A stretch of 63,963 nt of DNA, filler included. It is 7 parts of 7 records of this genome, joined end to end, with 100 filler letters (N's around TTAATTAATTAA, not from the genome) between each part and the next. Parts side by side here need not be neighbours in the genome. Positions count along the whole stretch, not along the records: positions 50,665 to 60,609 come from SRR20825010_1952; positions 60,710 to 63,963 come from SRR20825010_1972; 5 more parts are not named here. One strand, given 5' to 3'. A program made the position numbers and the translations under genes. The notes beneath the pieces are model-generated. The model had not been told where the DNA came from. It was given only the letters and a program-made list of their open reading frames with translations, and ran no database searches. Positions 59,919-63,963 of this stretch are shown one piece after another (position 1 is the stretch's first letter; every line of letters starts with the position of its first letter).

Positions 59919-60188
59919 ACTATCTGTTTTTCACTCAAAAAGGTTATAACGGTGAAAATGTAAAAAACCCTACAGGTCACTATCCCTTTTTTGGGAAAAA
60001 TAAAAAGTGACCGGCTTACATGGTGACAAATGAGGCAAAATAGCCCCGATAGAGCCGGCATCCCCGAAGGGATATAGGCGATAGCGGGAGCACTCATGGC
60101 AACTGGCACGACACGATCGCTCCAAAAGATTTTCGAACTCATTGCAGCAGAGAGACGTTAGGATGTGGCTGGCTGAGCGATTCTTTGC

Positions 60189-60196
60189 TAGCTTTG
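60189..60196 (+). promoter_or_regulatory. Bacteroidota sigma-A -7 promoter element for ssrA
   Basis: TAGCTTTG matches the TAnnTTTG consensus, 18 nt upstream of the tmRNA. Confidence 0.6.
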
Positions 60197-60214
60197 CAGT
60201 CCATTAAAAATTCT

Positions 60215-60609
60215 GGGGCCGACCGGAATTGACAGGAAGTGTATTTGATATGCTTGCGTGCCGGGTGTTGAGTGCACACACGTGATCAAGGTGCTCGAAC
60301 TATAATTGGCGAATCTAATTACGCCATGGCAGCTTAATCATTACTTAATCGTGATGATTTACCAGGGTTGAGACTAACGTTTCCCCCTGCCACATCCCTC
60401 CAAGTCTCCGTCCTTTAGGCTGGATCAAGGGGTGTCGAACTTTAGGACTAGTGTGGGTGAGGCTACTAAACCCATGCGAAACTCCAGTGGCTGGCAGATA
60501 AGGTAGGGTGTTGTTTCTCAGCCCGTCTGCGAGATCAAAGAAGCAACTATGCATGTAGACGGTATATGATTTCCTTTGCTGGACGAGGGTTCGAATCCCT
60601 CCGGCTCCA
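60215..60609 (+). ncRNA. ssrA: tmRNA
   Basis: 5' GGGGCCGACCGGAATTGAC; tag frame GESNYAMAA* at 60308-60337; 3' T-arm and acceptor GAGGGTTCGAATCCCTCCGGCTCCA. Confidence 0.96.
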
Positions 60610-60709
60610 NNNNNNNNNNNNNNNNNNNNNNNNNNNNNNNNNNNNNNNNNNNNTTAATTAATTAANNNNNNNNNNNNNNNNNNNNNNNNNNNNNNNNNNN
60701 NNNNNNNNN
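60610..60709. other. Artificial contig spacer
   Basis: N44-TTAATTAATTAA-N44. Confidence 0.98.
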
Positions 60710-60792
60710 GCACATGGATGTGCTTGAAGCGTTTTTTGGAAAGGCCCTTCCAATCCTGCCCGGCACCAAAAAACCAGGCTAGAAACCAAGTC

Positions 60793-62172
60793 TCAAAGCT
60801 CCTCCAAAGCCGACAACGCATCACTAAGCTTGGTCACGGGAATAACCTTCATCCCCTCAATAGCCTTACGAGGCGCATTAGACTTAGGCACCAAAGCGCG
60901 GGTAAACCCGTGCTTGGCAGCTTCGTAAATGCGCTCTTGGCCACTGGGCACAGGCCGAATCTCACCAGAAAGGCCAACCTCACCAAAGATCACCAGATCC
61001 TGGGGCAGGGCACGGTCGCGGAAGGATGACACGATGGCCGCAAGCAGCGCCAAATCCGCACTGGTCTCGTTAACCTTCACGCCGCCCACCACATTCACAA
61101 ACACATCCTGATCCGACACATGCATGCCACCATGGCGATGCAGCACCGCCAGCAGCATCGCCAGCCGGTTCTGATCCAGGCCCACAGCAACGCGTCTCGG
61201 ATATCCCCCCTGGGCCATATCCACCAGCGCTTGAATCTCCACCAGCATAGGCCGAGTGCCTTCCCAGACCACCATCACCACGCTGCCGGGAGCTGCCTCC
61301 TCGCCGCGGTTCAGGAAGATGGCACTGGGGTTCTTCACTTCCTTCAGGCCCTGTTCCAGCATCGCAAACACGCCCAGTTCGTTAACCGCGCCAAAGCGGT
61401 TCTTGATGCCCCTCAGGGTGCGGTAACGGCTATCGCTGGAGCCTTCCAGCAGGATGGAGCAGTCGATCATATGCTCCAGTACTTTCGGCCCAGCCAGGCT
61501 GCCATCCTTGGTAACGTGACCCACCAGGAATAGAATAGTGCCGGTCTGCTTGGCAAAGCGGGTCAGGTAAGCTGCGCTTTCGCGAACTTGGGAGACACTG
61601 CCCGGAGCGGATTCCGACTCGGCGACATGCATAACCTGGATACTGTCCACCACCAGAATGCGCGGCTTTTCAGCCTCGGCAACCTGCATGACCCGCTCAA
61701 CACTCGTTTCCGAGAGCATCTTCAGGTCTTTGGTGGGCAGCCCCAGGCGCTTGGCGCGCATGGCGACCTGTTGCAGCGATTCCTCGCCCGTGACGTACAG
61801 GGCTGGAACGCTGGACGCCAGGTGGCAGACCGCCTGAAGCAAGAGGGTGCTCTTGCCAGCGCCAGGATGGCCGCCCATCAGGATGGCGGAACCTTCCACA
61901 AGCCCGCCGCCCAGAACGCGGTCAAACTCCTGCATGCCGGAGCTGATGCGCGGCTGTTCGGCAAGGCTAACGTCGTCCAGGCTTTTTACCTCTGAGAGAC
62001 TGCCCGCAAAGCCTTCAAAGCGGGCGCCGCGGGCGCCCTTGGCGTTGCCGCCACTGATGCCGCGGACCTCGCTGATCGTATTCCAGGCCTGGCAGGCGGT
62101 GCATTGCCCCTGCCACTTTGAATAATCTGCGCCGCATTCGGAGCAAACATAGGCGGTTTTTGCTTTTGCCAT
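60793..62172 (-). CDS. radA: DNA repair protein RadA/Sms
   Basis: C4 zinc finger, GHPGAGKST, GEES, DSIQ, KNRFG, Lon-like C-terminus GEVGLSGEIR. Confidence 0.97.
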   Translation of the reverse strand: MAKAKTAYVCSECGADYSKWQGQCTACQAWNTISEVRGISGGNAKGARGARFEGFAGSLSEVKSLDDVSLAEQPRISSGMQEFDRVLGGGLVEGSAILMGGHPGAGKSTLLLQAVCHLASSVPALYVTGEESLQQVAMRAKRLGLPTKDLKMLSETSVERVMQVAEAEKPRILVVDSIQVMHVAESESAPGSVSQVRESAAYLTRFAKQTGTILFLVGHVTKDGSLAGPKVLEHMIDCSILLEGSSDSRYRTLRGIKNRFGAVNELGVFAMLEQGLKEVKNPSAIFLNRGEEAAPGSVVMVVWEGTRPMLVEIQALVDMAQGGYPRRVAVGLDQNRLAMLLAVLHRHGGMHVSDQDVFVNVVGGVKVNETSADLALLAAIVSSFRDRALPQDLVIFGEVGLSGEIRPVPSGQERIYEAAKHGFTRALVPKSNAPRKAIEGMKVIPVTKLSDALSALEEL

Positions 62173-63833
62173 CAGGCCAGCTTCTTATACTTCATGCGCT
62201 GGGGCACCATGGCAGAGTCGCCCTTCCGCTTCTTGTGATCCTCATCGTATTCGCTGAAGTTGCCTTCGAAGTAGACCACTTCACCGTCGTCCTCAAACGC
62301 CAGGATGTGAGTGGCCACACGGTCCAGGAACCAGCGGTCGTGCGAGATCACCAAAGCGGAGCCTGGGAAGTTGAGCAGGGCTTCCTCCAGGGCACGCAGG
62401 GTTTCCACGTCGAGATCGTTGGTCGGTTCGTCCAACAGCAGCACGTTGCCACCTTCCTTGAGCAGTTTCGCCAGGTGCAGGCGGTTGCGTTCACCGCCCG
62501 ACAAGTCGGCCACACGCTTCTGCTGGTCGGAGCCCTTGAAGTTGAAACGACCTACATAGGCTCGTGACGGGGTTTCGTAGTTACCGATCTTGATAATATC
62601 GTTGCCGTCGCTGAGCTCTTCCCAGACGGTGTTGTCGCCGTTCAGGTCACGCATCTGGTCCACGTAGGCCAGTTTTACGGTTTCACCGACTGTGATGGTG
62701 CCGGAATCGGGCTTGTCGTAGTCGCCGATCATCCGGAACAGCGTGGACTTGCCCGCGCCGTTGCCACCGATGATGCCAACGATCGCACCCGGGGGCACAC
62801 TGAGCGAGACGTCTTCGTAGAGCAGGCGGTCATCGAAGGACTTGCTGATGCCATCGATCTCAATCACCTTGTCACCCAGGCGAGGGCCAGGTGGGATGTA
62901 TAGTTCGTTAGTTTCGTTGCGCTTCTGGAATTCCTGGGAGCTCATTTCTTCGAAGCGGGCCAGGCGGGCCTTGCTCTTGGACTGGCGGCCCTTGGCGTTA
63001 CTGCGCACCCATTCCAGCTCGTGCTTGATGGTCTTCTGGCGAGACGCTTCCTGTTTGGCTTCAACTTCCAGGCGCTTTTCCTTGTTTTCCAGCCACTGGC
63101 TGTAATTGCCCTCAAACGGAATGCCCTGGCCGCGGTCCAGTTCCAGAATCCAGCCGGCCACGTTGTCCAGGAAGTAGCGGTCGTGGGTGATGGCAACCAC
63201 GGTGCCGGTGTAGTCGTGCAGGAAGCGTTCCAACCAGGCTACAGATTCGGCATCCAGGTGGTTGGTGGGCTCGTCCAGCAACAGCATGTCCGGGCTGGAC
63301 AGCAGCAGACGGCAAAGCGCCACGCGGCGGCGCTCACCGCCGGAGAGGTTTTTTACCATGGCGTCCCAGGCCGGCAGGCGAAGGGCATCGGCAGCCACTT
63401 CCATCTTGCGCTCAATATCGTGGCCGTCGGAGGCCTGTATAAAGGCTTCCAGTTCGCCCTGTTTCTTGGCGAGGGCATCAAAGTCGGCATCCGGCTCGGC
63501 ATAGGCGGCATAGACCTGATCCAGCTCCGCCAGTGCGTCATGGACGCCCGAGACCGCCTCATCGACGATTTCCTTGACGGTCTTGGCGTCGTCCAGTTCC
63601 GGTTCCTGGGGCAGGTAGCCGACGTTGATGCCGGGTTGGGGGCGGGCCTCACCAATGTAATCCTGGTCGATACCGGCCATAATACGTAGCAACGTAGATT
63701 TACCAGCGCCGTTCAGGCCCAGTACGCCGATTTTCGCGCCTGGGAAAAAGCTCAGGGAAATGTCTTTGAGGATTTCACGCTTGGGCGGAACCACCTTGCC
63801 CACGCGGTTCATGGTGTATACGTATTGCGCCAT
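62172..63833 (-). CDS. ettA: ABC-F energy-dependent translational throttle EttA
   Basis: MAQYVYTM.RVGKVVPPKR, SLSFFPGAKIG; two ABC domains; ELEWVR....GRQSKSKARL linker. Confidence 0.96.
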   Translation of the reverse strand: MAQYVYTMNRVGKVVPPKREILKDISLSFFPGAKIGVLGLNGAGKSTLLRIMAGIDQDYIGEARPQPGINVGYLPQEPELDDAKTVKEIVDEAVSGVHDALAELDQVYAAYAEPDADFDALAKKQGELEAFIQASDGHDIERKMEVAADALRLPAWDAMVKNLSGGERRRVALCRLLLSSPDMLLLDEPTNHLDAESVAWLERFLHDYTGTVVAITHDRYFLDNVAGWILELDRGQGIPFEGNYSQWLENKEKRLEVEAKQEASRQKTIKHELEWVRSNAKGRQSKSKARLARFEEMSSQEFQKRNETNELYIPPGPRLGDKVIEIDGISKSFDDRLLYEDVSLSVPPGAIVGIIGGNGAGKSTLFRMIGDYDKPDSGTITVGETVKLAYVDQMRDLNGDNTVWEELSDGNDIIKIGNYETPSRAYVGRFNFKGSDQQKRVADLSGGERNRLHLAKLLKEGGNVLLLDEPTNDLDVETLRALEEALLNFPGSALVISHDRWFLDRVATHILAFEDDGEVVYFEGNFSEYDEDHKKRKGDSAMVPQRMKYKKLA

Positions 63834-63963
63834 GTGTCGGAATCCTTCTTGCGAGTGTAAGTGTCGGAATTACTGATGGTGTCTGACTAAGGCCGTCGGT
63901 CAGGGCGATCCGGGATCGTCAAAATCAAGGATGATTTTGTCGAGCGTACAGGGACGTATTCAC

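Noticed and set aside
60345-60554. 69-aa minus-strand ORF
   Set aside because: Lies within the tmRNA gene on the opposite strand
3932-60709. Six identical TTAATTAATTAA palindromes inside N runs, and apparent gene neighbourhoods across them
   Set aside because: Artificial six-frame-stop spacers; composition and taxon change across them, so no cross-gap system or horizontal transfer can be inferred

Overview
This is not one continuous locus. It is seven unrelated contigs joined by 100-nt spacers (N44-TTAATTAATTAA-N44), so adjacency across a spacer means nothing. Taxonomic labels below are inferred from gene content and composition. (1) 1-3931, alphaproteobacterial: valS 3' end, pabB-pabA-pabC and a partial unknown ORF. 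(2) 4032-18335, alphaproteobacterial: ftsK, a UbiH-like hydroxylase, DUF2244-like, trypsin-like and DUF350-like genes, and dapB. A TetR / beta-helix / di-heme cytochrome / TonB-receptor block sits between dnaK-dnaJ and dapB. (3) 18436-25447, Bacteroidota: type II topoisomerase B subunit, ECF sigma pair, dipeptidyl peptidase III, AGMO-like desaturase, apt and an ABC permease. (4) 25548-35475, alphaproteobacterial: Liv-type ABC transporter, acyl-CoA synthetase, a recombinase relic with a structured repeat end, and an AceE-like 2-oxoacid dehydrogenase E1. (5) 35576-50564, high-GC alphaproteobacterial aromatic catabolism: a galB-like end, VOC extradiol dioxygenase, galC/ligK, galD, oxidoreductase, TTT and TRAP transporters, a ThDP enzyme and a flavoprotein. 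(6) 50665-60609, Bacteroidota accessory region: a signal-peptide S74-chaperone fibre with an Ig/cadherin-repeat partner, solo LuxR, a LytTR relic, twin Kazal lipoproteins, a GIY-YIG gene among REP-like palindromes, a CotH lipoprotein and tmRNA. (7) 60710-63963, gammaproteobacterial: ettA-radA. The best candidates for undescribed biology are the GIY-YIG + REP/REPIN-like element with an apparent deleted derivative, the secreted S74 fibre/partner pair, a VOC dioxygenase in the expected place of gallate dioxygenase, and the dnaJ-dapB cytochrome/beta-helix/TBDR insertion. All product calls come from motif recognition; no database search was run.
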